Origin: Nemertoderma westbladi
Taxonomy: Eukaryota; Animalia; Xenacoelomorpha
Assembly: GCA_032718475.1 (NCBI GenBank)
Contig: JAUCBJ010006126.1
Location: forward strand, 1 to 34,835
Reading direction: 5' to 3'
DNA: 34,835 bases
Positions 1-11,493 of this stretch are shown one piece after another (position 1 is the first letter of the stretch; the number at the start of each line of letters is the position of its first letter). The notes under the pieces are model-generated. The model was not told the origin of the DNA. It ran no database searches and was given only the letters and a program-made list of their open reading frames with translations. Position numbers and translations under genes: made by a program.

Positions 1-1470
1 TGAAAAACACCAAAAGTGCGCGGAAATCAGTGCAAAATATTAAAAGTCAAAGTGCGCGGATGATGGGTAAAAAAAGTTATAAAGTGTGTGCAAAACTGCA
101 ATTTAATGAGAAAAATAATTAGCCTAGCCATAAAAAAATTTCACTCGCTTCGCTCGCGTTTCTTTTCCATTTTGCATTGTTAACCCTTCCCCGGTACCGT
201 GGGGTAAAATAATACCCCAAGGGGATTAATTTTGATATTTTTCGACAATCTCTCATATTATGTATGTCCAGCTTCATAGTATCTTCCAAAAAACTTGTAA
301 TCTAACGATTGTGTGGGTCAAACCCATAAAATTTTGTTTATGAAAAATGTTATGGGCCTTTAATTTGAAAACAACTTAGTTAGGTAAGATGGGGTATAAA
401 AATACCCCATAACGTTATGGTGCTGGTTTAGTGGTACTTTGTGACTCATTTTGGTGTCATTGGAACCACAATGGTCGATTTAGTTGTACTAGACTGCTAG
501 CTGGCTAGACAGCTAGAGGCATGTTTTAACTTTGACTTTTAAGACCAAATTATCAGTATTATGAAGCTACTGTATTCTGGTATTGTGTATGGCCTGTATT
601 TCACAAGCCAAGACTTAGTATATGTGAATAATTCTTATTGTAGGCTTTCTTAGTGGTGTTCTGTCCTTTTGGGTCTCATTATGGGTTCATTGTAACTGCA
701 ATAATGTATAATTTAGTTGGACAATAATCACATTTAATGACCAAATCATCAGTACTTTTGCAGTCATGGTGTAAATTTCATATTACAATTCAAGATCTTC
801 TGCTATTGCGAGGTGATATCGCGACGTTAACGATGATCGCGATTGTAGTGGGATAACTTTTGTGGCATTGAGCGTTGGGTAGACTTCAACCAAATTGAAA
901 AAACAAATTCACAACTTATTTTTTCACCATTTGGCAAATTCTGGGAGGGGGATTGCAAGTGTTTTTCTGTTTAATGTTAATTAAAATGTCTTATCAATTT
1001 GGGGTATAAAAATACCCCACGTTACCGGTGAAGGATAATTTTTTACCATACCGGGGCTCGGGGCAGGGTTAAAATAAAAAAATTTCGCTCGCTTTGCTCG
1101 CGTTTTTTTTTTCATTTTAAACTTCAGGACTTACTGACAGACTGACCTACATGCTACATATAAAAATTAAAAATTTCACCACTTCGCTCGCGTTTCGTTT
1201 TCATTTTACATTGTTAAAATGATAACATTTCGCTCATGTTTTTTTTTTCATTTTGCATTGCTTAAATGTATTTTTTTTATTTCTTTACGTTAGTTAATAA
1301 ATAATACTTTTTTTTATTTATTTATTTATTCATATGTTTGTGTGAATTGAATTGTTTTTCAGCTTGGTGTGCGCGTTTTTTCAATCCATGCGCCGTATAT
1401 TGTCAGATATTGCGCGGCTGAAAAATTGTGCGCGGGCGTTGTGTGCGGTTCAGTGGTGGTTTGCAGCCTG
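1..1470. repeat. Degenerate repeat or non-autonomous element with recurring TTCGCTCGCG units; host of the piggyBac MITE
   Basis: Units of the form aaaatttc(g/a)ctcgctt(c/t)gctcgcgttt...cattttgcattg recur at about 135-180, 1080-1120, 1170-1215 and 1228-1260. The pattern continues across the MITE. A possible CAGG-type terminus (gtttgcagcctg) ends at 1470. The left end is outside the window. Confidence 0.4.
184..1068. mobile_element. piggyBac-type non-autonomous element (MITE)
   Basis: TTAA at 180-183 and 1069-1072 flanks CCCT...AGGG termini. The left end cccttccccggtaccgtggggtaaaataataccccaa matches, in inverted orientation, a subterminal right repeat at about 999-1034. This asymmetric end layout is typical of piggyBac. 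The palindrome GGGGTA..TACCCC occurs three times (about 201, 391, 1001). Confidence 0.85.
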
Positions 1471-2169
1471 GTACAGCAGTAGCCTAACCACTGAACCATA
1501 CAACAGAAAAAAGAAAAGGCGACCGAAGCGAGACTAAATTTTTAAACAGCTAATGAAATTTTTAAGCCACTTCCGTAATTGTTAAACTAATAAATCGGCG
1601 CCGGTTTTTATTTTTGGGAACGCCAAGCGCCAAAGCCGGTGCGCTTTACGATTTTCAAAAAATCAGTGCGTCAGTCACCATACAGCCATAGGAACCGAGA
1701 AAAACACTGAACTACCTAAAAGGACCAGAGACGTCAATTGACACCAGGCTGCCAGGCATATTTATCATTGAAATAGCCAGCTGTATCATACAAAATATAT
1801 CATCATACAGCATGTTTAGAGAAAGACTACTGCGCCACACCGTTTTTGGTTATATACATATTACTGTAAACTGAAAAATTAAAACTGTTGATATTGGATT
1901 TCATTGTAACATTGACCAACAGGATTATTTGCTGTAGAGCTTTTCCTTCTCCACAGGAATACTGTAGTCAAGTAGAGTAGATGTTACTACAGTATTATAT
2001 GACAGTCTACAGCCAACAAAACAATCTCAGTATCCAATTTTATTGCAATATTGCTTCTATATTTTGAAAGTATATATTTTTCTAATGTTTTGTTTCTGTG
2101 TACATATATGATTGACTTCTGTCCTGTGAATTTTTTATTATTGTATATGGCTTTCCATATCTTGGAAAA

Positions 2170-2966
2170 GAGGTAAGAAAAGGCAATCAATCTGTTCCTA
2201 CGAGTGTTGTGATGAAGTTGGTTGAAACCCTAAAGAAACAAGGTTACAATATTTGTTGTGACAACTATTTCTCATCGATTGAAGTTGCAAAGCTTTTGTT
2301 AGACCAGAGCACTAGCTTGGTCTTGGTGGGTACTCTTCGTCGTGATCGGAAAGAAGTTCCTGCTCCATTGAAACAAAAAATGGAACTCTATGATTCAAAG
2401 ATTGCTAGGGGACCACCACGTTTGGAGGGAACACAATAAGTCTTATCAGCTACCAGTGCAAGAAAGCGAAACAAGTTCTGTTGCTGAGCACTCTTCATCC
2501 TACCATATATGTTCCTCCAGAGAACAATGGGAAGAAGAAGCCAGAGACAGTGTTATTCTACAATAAGAACAAAGTTGGAGTAGACACTGTTGATCAAATG
2601 GCTCGTCAAAACTCAACAAGAGCTGGTACTCGTCGATGGCCAGTACATATTCTATACAATGTCCTTGATCTTTCACTTATAAATTCTTGGAATATTTATA
2701 AGCAAATCACTGGTGTCAACATTTCAAGCAAAATTTTCATTCACAGAGTTGTTGAAGAGCTGACTGGAATGTCTCATGTACAGACACTACAGTCTTCAGC
2801 ATCTGCAACATCCAGCAATCCAACATTTCAATCGCAAGCAAAGACACCTTGTTTGATTTGTCAAACACCGAAATGTAAAAATCGAACAACAGAAGAATGT
2901 TTCCACTGTAAGAAAACAGTCTGTGGAAAATGTTCTATGAAGATATGCATTGCTTGCAATAATTAA
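2170..2966 (+). pseudogene. piggyBac (PGBD/DDE_Tnp_1_7) transposase, 5'-deleted and frameshifted
   Basis: Motifs YNICCDNYFSS, VGTLRRDRKEVP, MLSTLH, KKPETVLFYNKNKVGVDTVDQM and TRRWP, plus a C-terminal Cys-rich domain (CLIC..C..CFHC..CGKC). The coding sequence is split across ORFs 2209-2439 and 2481-2966. Confidence 0.92.
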
Positions 2967-3917
2967 AATTGTGGACTGAATCCAGAAATATATATAGCAC
3001 AGCACACCTTTTTTCAACTAATTAATCCATTTATCCTTTAATTAATTAACTAATAATTTACAAATAATTATACATCACCATTATAGAATTATACAACATC
3101 AAAATTTTTACTCATGCTTTATTATTATATTCAGAAAAAGTATCAATTTTAGTACAGCAAACTGGCGGTAATTAGTTGCCAATTAAATAATTATAATTAA
3201 TAAATTAATAATTGCTATATGTTTTCTATATATTTTGAACTCTTTTTACTCAATCTGTGTTAATAATGTAAACTTTGCTTTACATTATCTTCACAAAACT
3301 ATAAATTGTTGTAGCAAGCTGTGAATAATTAGTAACTAATAATCACTATTAGTTAATTGCAATTAATTAATTAATTAATTGTTGTTTCTACCTTTGAGTT
3401 TCTATTAATTGAGCTACTTTGGTACATTGAAAACAAATATCTATTGGAGATATTGAATTTCTCTCCCATTACTGCATTATAAAGACATGGTCAGATGGTG
3501 TCAATTGACGTCTCTGGTCCTTCTAGGTAGAACGAAATTCCGGTCCTTCTACACTGTAAAAAATAAATAGCCTTTTCACCATAAAAAGGTCGCGTATAGC
3601 CCTGCTGCACCTCATTTATGGTAAAAGGTATTAAACAAATTAATGCAAAGGCCATAAATAATATATGGCAAAAGCTGGTTTATTTCTTGTGATTCACCAT
3701 AAAATATTTACGGCAAAATAGGAGCTGCTCTGCTACCTAATATAGGCGGTAAACCTCTATAATAAAGTTATGGCGAAAATCTGTGGATTTCCTGGTTCGC
3801 CATAAAATAATTATGGTGAAATTGACCCTGCTGTCTTTAGTTCACCATGGAACATGTTATGGCTAAAATACGTTTATATCTGGTGATTCACCATGTACAT
3901 GCTATGATTTTTGCTAT

Positions 3918-4330
3918 GGGGGTATTCCTGGTCACTGATTTCATTTCGAGGTCAGTTTTCACTTTTAGTGAAATCTAGTTTTTCTGTATGTCTCTCTGTC
4001 GGTCTTTCGGACTATCCGACAATCTATCCGTCGAATATGAAGGTCACACCATCGAGGTAAAAGTTTAGTTATAGGGGTTTTCCTGTTCGCAGAATTCATT
4101 TCTATTGTCAGTTTTATCGTTTGATGATTTCCAAATTGTCTGTTTGGCTGTCTGTTATATTTTGACGGACAGACATACAAACAGAAACGACAAGGCCAAA
4201 TTTGAATACTGACATCAGAAATGAAGTCACCGACCAAGAAAACCCATATAGGAATTTTTTTTAGACAGATAGTATTCTTTTTATTGACGGGCAGACCGAC
4301 AGTCCATCGGATAGAGAACCATTTCGAGAA
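3918..4330. repeat. Dispersed repeat family copy with internal inverted arms and GACA motifs
   Basis: 4070-4260 (ggggttttcctg...ttcatttc...gtcagtttt...ctgacatcagaaatgaa...ccaagaaaaccc) is clearly related to 15310-15520. Confidence 0.6.
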
Positions 4331-5525
4331 GTATGACAGATCTTGCTAAACCGTTTTCAAATTTGGAATCTTGATATAAATCTGCTCTAGATGAAATATG
4401 GAAAACTTTTTTTAAAACTAAATAAACTAATATTGCAATTCATTGTTACACAAATTGACAAATAACATAGTAAACAATAACATGACAAATAACGTGTTAA
4501 CAAATATTGCAAAACATTGTTATTTCATGACTAATATTGAAAAACATTGTTCCTAATTCGCCCAGCCTGAGAGTTTTTTATTACTTTATGGCCAGTTATC
4601 AAACTTGCAATAAACTCAAAAAAAAAACCATTTGGGAAAACGAAATTAAAAGCATAAATAAGGCCTAAAGTAAATAAAATAACGTAGTCAAAGCTTTTCA
4701 CAGATTCAATACCCCACTTGGTTAGTATTGCCCGCCAAGCTGTCTTCAGAGGTCTGAAAAAGGCCACATCCAAGGGTTGTAGTATGTGAGTGGCATTAGG
4801 AACAAGAGGAATATAACTAATATTATTTGATTTGCAGCTAAGAACAACTTTAATAGAGAGGTGGCTAGACAGATTATCACCAATAAGAATTTTTTCCCAT
4901 TCAGTTTATTGGCAGCTGGTAGAAATACCTCGAAGTACATCGAAACCATCGAACCCTCGAACCATCAGACTGATTCTGTTGCATCGTAAATTGTGCCGGA
5001 TGGCCCCCCTATTCCCCATTCCGGATCGTATCTTCCAGCTTTATATATCACCATAAGAGGCAATAAATTACCATCCGCTGACCCACTGAACATAAGAGAG
5101 ACCGCCTGTTTTGATTTTGAGATAATACGCTCCACACGTTTCAAACCACGCTTGCAGATAACCCTTTTGTCCCCAGGCTGCTGGGCTGGTTGCTCACATT
5201 GGTTTCATCAAAATTGAAAATGTTAGATGGTGGAATCACATCTGTTACTTCAGCTTCGTAATTGTTAAAGAAGGCATTAAGTTGCTTCTCGCCAACCTCT
5301 GCCTAGGGCTCAACAGAAGCTTCGGCTTCGGTTCGGTTCGGGCCGAAGTTTGGCAATTTCGGTTCGGTTCGGCTTCTGCAATTGATACTGCAGAAGCCCG
5401 GAGCAAACTTTGCTAAATATTCCAAGTATTACATTGACTGATTGAGACCAGAAGACAGTAGTACAGCAGTAAGACTAATCAATCTGTCCATCGTTGTACT
5501 AATTAATTTTGGGGTGTAAACGTTA

Positions 5526-5952
5526 AGCAGACACTGGTGCAGAGCAGACAGTGGTGTAGACAGTGATGCAGACAGTGATGCAGACACCTGGTGCAGACAG
5601 TGGTGCAGACACTGGTGAAGGCAGTGGTGCAGACAGTGGTGCAGACAGTGGTGCAGACATAGGTGCAGACACCTGGTGCAGACAGTGGTGCAGACACTGG
5701 TGAAGGCAGTGGTGCAGACAGTGGTGCAGACAGTGGTGCAGACACTGGTGCAGACAGTGGTGCAGACACCTGGTGCAGACAGTGGTGCAGGCAGTGGTGC
5801 AGACACTGGTGCAGACAGTGGTGCAGACAGTGGTACAGACAGTGTTGCAGACAGTGGTACAGACAGTGGTGCAGGCACTGGTGCGGACACTGGTGCAGAC
5901 AGTGGTGCAGACACCTGGTGCAGACAGTGGTGCATACACTGGTGCAGACAGT
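5526..5952 (+). repeat. 12/13-bp tandem array (GGTGCAGACAGT), left foldback arm
   Basis: Directly visible array with occasional 13-bp variants (ggtgcagacacct). Confidence 0.97.
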
Positions 5953-6772
5953 AAAGGGGCGAGCAGGTTAGTAAAGGAGCAGTTTAGTAAAGGAGCAGGT
6001 TTCAGAGGAGTATTGGGGGAACCAAAACAATAAACGTTATTGTTTTGCGGGCTAAGAATACCCAAGGGCCAAGAATACTCACAGGCTAAGAATACTCGCG
6101 GGCTAAGAATTCCTGAGACCTTTACTGTAGTGAGCTGGTTAGTGAATGTATATTCCCAGCATGAGACAATAACTTAATTAGCTCGTTTTATTATACATTA
6201 ATAAGCAGTGGCTCCAGTAAAGGTAAACAAATTAAACATACTCTGTATAAAGTAGGACATGTATAAACAATCAATAAACCTCATTCCTTGGAGACATTGC
6301 TGCTTACAATTTATAGGATTAATTACTTTCGTACACACCATTTATAATTATTTGTAATCAGGGCACATTAACCCCCACGGACCCCGACTTGTACTACATA
6401 CGTCCTCCCTACTTCATGTAGAACCTTTCAGTTATAGTTCATATCCATACCGACCTGACCGATATGATATGATATAAGTATGAAATACCCTATGTTATTG
6501 AGATAATGTTTATTGTTTTGGTTAGAAAAGCCCACCACTGTCTGACTGTAACCTGCTCCTTTCCGTTAATTAAGTAATGGAGATTAGTTTATTGTTTTGG
6601 TTAGAAAACACCACCACTGTAACACCATTGGTCAGGTCGGTACGCATATGAACGATAACCAACCTTTCAGTAGTTGGTCGCATATTTGTAGATAATAAAG
6701 TCTATGATAAAATATAATATAATAGTGCCTGGTGGTATTGTGTTTTGTGGTACTCTGGTATTTCAGTATTTT

Positions 6773-7387
6773 CACCAGGTGTCTGCACCAGTGTCTGCAC
6801 CACTGTCTGCACCAGTGTCTGCACCACTGTCTGCACCACTCTGCATCACTGTCTGCACCAGTGTCTGCAGCAGTGTCTGCACCACTGCCTGCACAACTGT
6901 CTGCACCACTGCCTGCACCACTGTCTGCACCACTGTCTGCACCACTGTCCGCACCAGGCTGCCAGGTGTCTGCAGTCTGCACCACTGTCCGCACCAGGTG
7001 TCTGCACCACTGTCCGCACCAGGTGTCTGCACCACTGTCTGCACCCGTGTCTGCACCACTGTCTGCACGCGGCACCACTGTCTGCACCAGTGTCTGCACC
7101 ACTGTCCGCACCAGGTGTCTGCACCAGGTGTCTGCACCACTGTCTGCACCACTGTCTGCACCACTGTCCGCACCAGGTGTCTGCACCACTGTCCGCACCA
7201 GGTGTCTGCACCACTGTCTGCATCGCTGTCTGCACCAGTGTTTGCACCAGTGTCTGCACCACTGTCTGCACCACTGTCTGCACCATTGTCTGCACCACTG
7301 TCCAGCTGTCTGCACCAGTGTCTGCACCACTGTCTGCACCACTGTCTCCACCACTGTCCGCACCAGGTGCCTGCACCACTGTCTGCT
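6773..7387 (-). repeat. 12/13-bp tandem array (ACTGTCTGCACC), right foldback arm, inverted relative to the left
   Basis: The unit is the reverse complement of the 5526-5952 unit. Confidence 0.97.
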
Positions 7388-8654
7388 TAACGTTTACACC
7401 CTTAATTGTGGACTGAACTTCCATTTAAAAAATGGCATTATTTTTTTAATTGTTTCCAGTTTACTTGGGTAGTTTCAAAATTAGCTTAATTATACAGTAG
7501 TTTAGGTTAGGCTAAATATTGCCATTTTACTTTGTAGGGCCTAGTACCTATTTTTTAATTAATCATAACTTTGATACATAATACCAAATATACCTACCAC
7601 CTCATATAAATTGTATTACAAAGACTACCTGTACTTTTAGTGAGGTTTTCTAAATTTGATGTCACTACTGACTACTGTACGGCTTACTACGGGTGAAAAT
7701 GTGGTGCATACAGTAAGTGCATGCATACATACAGTAAGTATACAGTAGTTTAGGTTAGTAATGTACAGTAATGTAAATATCTGAATATTGCCATTTTATT
7801 TTGTAGGACTTATTTTTTTTAATTAATCATAGCTTCCTCGCTAAGTCCGCAGACCAAATAGGTACCAGTCTGCCACTGCCAGTCAGCCAGTATAGTGACG
7901 TAAATGCGAATTTATGACCATAACTTGCTAACTTTCTGAACTTCGGATTCGGTTCGGTTCGGCCCGAAGTTAGCCCTGCTTCGGTTCGGTTCGGTTCGGC
8001 CCCATAAAGTGCCTTCTGTTGAACCCTACCTCTGCCCTTGCGGGAGTAACATTGTCTGCGATGCGTTTGGTTAGCTTGTGTCTAACAAGGAACATTTCAA
8101 GCCAATCGCGTCCTGGAAGGTTTGTCTCGGGTCCTGCTTGAGTCCTTGCTGAGTTAAATTCTTTCACTACTTTCCCTGCAATATTTAGCATGTTTTGGAC
8201 CATCATACAGACTTCAATCCCTTCAATTGGTTTTCTCCAACGAGCTAAATATTTATGGCCTGTACAACTTTCACTTCCACTTCATTAGTCATTGCTGTAG
8301 GATGACCAGCCAATCCCTCATGGTGCTTATTAATTCTATTCCACAGTGTCCCATAGGGTATTTTCAGCTTTTTACTTACACATTTAATACTTTCTCCATG
8401 TTCTTTAACTCGGCGAATTGCATTATATTATATTATATTATATTTCAGTATTTTGTACATAGAATACAGGAATAGGCAGATAGGCCTATATCTATAACAG
8501 TACAAGAAAGTACCGATACTAAATTAAGGCTGTAAGGTTGTTTAGGTGTAATGATATATGGTAGAAAGATATTATATTGTTGACTGTAGGCCTACCACTA
8601 CCACTACTGGAGTGCTGTTTATCTTATCATTAAGGTACAGTATTTGTGTCAGAT

Positions 8655-8717
8655 ATCAAAGAAGCCCCAGTGAAATCAAAGTAACGCCCAGGGTATCAAA
8701 GTAGCCCCCTTCACCCT
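8655..8717 (-). mobile_element. Probable 5' terminus of the pogo/Fot1-like element
   Basis: The minus strand reads agggtgaagggggctactttgatacc, with three subterminal ctttgat repeats upstream of the transposase start. No matching 3' TIR was found. Confidence 0.45.
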
Positions 8718-9966
8718 TCTACAGTTCTATCAGTCTATGGTACCCATTGCCCATTCACCATTGCCCAGGGTACCGGCAGACCGGTTCCGGTACCTTACCA
8801 CACTACCGGTCTGCTCTCTGCTCTGCTGGCTGGCTGGTTGCAGTAGTCCTACTGACCAGTAGTCCAGTAGCCCACTGACCGTTACATTGCAGCATTGCTG
8901 CACTGTCTGAATAAATATGTCATCTGTCTGTCTGTATGCTGTAGCGCTGTAGGTTCAGACAATCAGACATTACAGCATTAGCTAGTAATACTGTAATAGC
9001 AGCTACCGGTCAGCCAGTCTGCCAGTGACCGGTACAACTGTAGAACAGTAGAAGCCTACTCCTGTCCTGCGCCAGCAGTAGTTTCTATAATCATTGTAGG
9101 TATGCCTACAGCAGTATCCTGTACAGACGACAGAGTAAGATATTTCTATATTAGGCCTACTGCTGTACCGGTACTGCATAGTAGCTACCGGTACTGCATA
9201 GTAGCTACCGGTACAGCCAGACAGCTGCACTGCAAACTGCAACAGTTATAATAACAGAGAATGCAGTAATGTACCGTACTGAAATAAAATGTCTACAATG
9301 TGACCGACCGCCGGAATTCAAATCTGCCTCCAATTTAATCATATTTCGGTTAATTAGGATTTCCCTTAAATAATTTATGGTCAAAAATTTGCAATTTCTG
9401 GTGAAAATATACAAGATTTCATAAAGCCACAGGCCATAAAATAATTATGGCGAAACACCTAATGTTGTTTATGAAAACTTAACTTAATCATACGGTGAAA
9501 TTTATTCGTGATTATGTTAAGGTGATTTACCATATAGAATACGGCCAATTTATGTGGCATTAACTAAGGTAAGGTAGTTCACTGAATCATTTTTTACAGT
9601 GTAGTGTTAAAGGCAGTTAGGACGAGCTGACGAGTGAGGAAGGGTACCAACCAAGCATATAAAGCACTTATGGAGTGGCAATAAAAACACTTGAAGAAAT
9701 TGTAATTAAATATTTTAAACTATATAAGTTATCTGGTTATACTGTAGCAGGCCTACGCCTAATTCTGTAATTATATAGGGTATACCAGTTACTACAGTAC
9801 TACAGTCAGACAGTACAGCTACCGTATTACTGTATTAGGTAATGTATTAATCCTGTAGGCCTACTGCTGGAATTAATCTGTTAATATCTTGGTGTCCACT
9901 CCACAGCCACATATCCATCAGTCCATGCGTGACTGCATGATTAGGCCTAGTACAATTGGGTGATGA

Positions 9967-10969
9967 ATGGCGCACGTAGATGCACCGGCACCGGTTTCTG
10001 CGTCCCCCGCAATGTCGTCAACTATACCGAAGCATTGTATAACTTCCCCCAACCTTGTAGTCGTCGAGAAGCCCTCGGATTCCGACGAACATTCCCCGTA
10101 CGATTGGCCGGTACAGCAGCAGACACAAACCGGCGGTTTGCAGCTCTCCTCGGTACATCGCAGTAAAAGTGAAAGTAAACTCTACGCATCGGCTGAGCGC
10201 GCCGAGGTCAAACTCGCAAAACGGGAGAGTTTAAAAGCGCAAAAGAAATCCTACCGACAGGAAAAGAAAAAAGCAACAAAAGAACTGATGAGCACTCTGA
10301 AAGATCCATCAGTTATTGTGATCGCCGATTGGTTAAAAATCAGAGGGACTTTACGATCTTGGACTAAATTATGGTGTGTTTTGAAACCGGGTTTACTTGT
10401 TTTCTATAAAAGTTCTAAGCACGGACAGTGGGTGGGTACAATGATGCTGAACGTATGCGAGTTGATCGAACGGCCCAGTAAGAAGGACGGTTTCTGCTTC
10501 AAGTTGTTCCACCCGTTGGACCAGACAGTCTGGGCCCTTCGCGGCCCCAAAGGGGAGACCGTAGGGGCTATTACAATCCCGTTACCTAGTAGTTACGCTA
10601 TAATGCGGGCCTCAAGTGAGGCCGATGGTAAGTGTTGGATGGACGCGATAGAGTTGGCTATCCGCTGTTCCACGCTGCTGATGCGAACACTCCCGGCTTC
10701 TAAGTTCGTCACAGACGCGAGTAACACAGAACTCAGCGCTCTCGACGTTTCCGATGTTAACGACGACGTCCCTAGTTCCCACGGTAACGGTTTCCACGAC
10801 GCCGCTAAGGAGTTGTTTGCTGACGCGACGGGTGGTGGGGATGTGGACGATGTTGACGCGATCATGATGGGCGAGATTTCGGACGAAGAGGAGGACGATG
10901 ATGTTTTAGAGACGGAGTCGCAAACTATACGGGAGTCCAAATACATCGAGGCTCCTAAAGAGGATCTGG
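9967..10969 (+). CDS. OSBPL8: Oxysterol-binding protein-related protein 8/5-like, coding exon 1 (polybasic region and PH domain)
   Basis: RESLKAQKKSYRQEKKKATKEL, DPSVIVIADWLKIRGTLRSWTKLWCVLKPG and IERPSKKDGFCFKLFHPL match the ORP5/8 N-terminus and PH domain. In-frame TGA TGA precedes the ATG. Donor G|GTGAGT at 10970 (phase 1). Confidence 0.93.
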
Positions 10970-11369
10970 GTGAGTCTGTTGGTCTTCTCAGTTACAATTA
11001 CACAAACCGAACACTCAATACAGCAATAGGCCTATATATAACAATTAATAACATTAGCAATGTTAATGACATTTATTATAAAGTTCCAAAATGTATTATA
11101 TATGTGAGAAATATTCTTTATCATTAGTTGATTGGATACCATACTGCCATACCGTTTTATATTTTATTTTTCTGGCCATTGTTGATATGGTTTCAATTAA
11201 TGTGTAACAGAACAAATTTTATTATTTCCCCATAGAATCATAGACTGCTCTACAGCTCTATTTATTATTATTATTAGGCCTATTATTTGCACCTGAAACT
11301 GTTATTTTACAATAAATTCCACATCGACAGTTATTTACCTGCAACTAAGTGGAAAGTGGCCATCTTGTA

Positions 11370-11493
11370 TTTGTATATTATTATAACTTTCGTTGGGCCA
11401 GCTTTGCAAAGTCGGCAATCATGTCCATGTGGGATCGAACTGGTAACCTTCGGGTTGGAAGTCTGAAGCTCGAACCATTCAGCTAAAGGTTCA
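11370..11493 (-). mobile_element. tRNA-derived SINE head or tRNA pseudogene in intron 1
   Basis: The minus strand has tagctgaatgg (A box), a cttccaa loop and agttcgatcc (B box). The acceptor stem does not pair. Confidence 0.6.

Larger units (their letters stand above)
5512..7401. mobile_element. MULE-like foldback element with arms made of 12-bp minisatellite
   Basis: Inverted termini GGGTGTAAACGTTAAGCAGACA with a 9-bp TSD (ttaattttg at 5503-5511, ttaattgtg at 7402-7410; one mismatch). Confidence 0.8.
5304..8028. mobile_element. hAT-type non-autonomous element
   Basis: 16-bp TIR TAGGG(C/T)TCAACAGAAG with a perfect 8-bp TSD CCTCTGCC (5296-5303 and 8029-8036). TTCGG subterminal repeats at both ends. 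Confidence 0.92.
4700..8470 (-). pseudogene. pogo/Tigger/Fot1-type (DDE_1) transposase interrupted by a hAT element
   Basis: psq-like HTH (GESIKCVSKKLKIPYGTL, about 8350-8400) and CENP-B-like HTH (PGRDWLEMFLVRH). Catalytic-region motifs NIFNFDET (about 5200-5225), GSADGNLLPLMVIYK, GDNLSSH (about 4861-4881) and PNATHILQPLDVAFFRPLK (about 4745-4800). Removing 5304-8036 restores the frame ...ARAEVGEKQLNAFF... Confidence 0.9.
3552..9601. mobile_element. CACTA/EnSpm (CMC)-type non-autonomous element
   Basis: TIRs CACTGTAAAAAAT...ATTTTTTACAGTG with a 2-bp TA duplication (3550-3551 and 9602-9603). Dense subterminal repeats (ccataaaataattatgg(t/c)gaaa and similar) lie at 3570-3900 and 9370-9560. Confidence 0.88.
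1712..9606 (+). mobile_element. Defective piggyBac transposon with its right TIR split by a 6-kb insertion
   Basis: A 35-bp inverted repeat, ctacctaaaaggaccagagacgtcaattgacacca (about 1712-1746), pairs with about 3495-3530. The right end reconstructs as ccggtccttcta|gtg-TTAA (3540-3551 plus 9604-9610). The exact left terminus is not recognisable. Confidence 0.8.

Noticed and set aside
1447-1497. 11-bp inverted repeat GGTTCAGTGGT/ACCACTGAACC as a terminator or regulatory hairpin
   Set aside because: It is short, has a long loop and sits at a probable repeat junction. No function can be supported.
5429-7472. Many overlapping ORFs (SAPL/CLHH/VCTT/GADS repeats)
   Set aside because: All frames are open because the 12-mer lacks stops. 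This is not evidence of coding.
10970-11127. C-terminal part of the 386-aa ORF (ESVGLLSYNY...)
   Set aside because: This is read-through into intron 1 past a consensus GTGAGT donor. Homology resumes at 12104.
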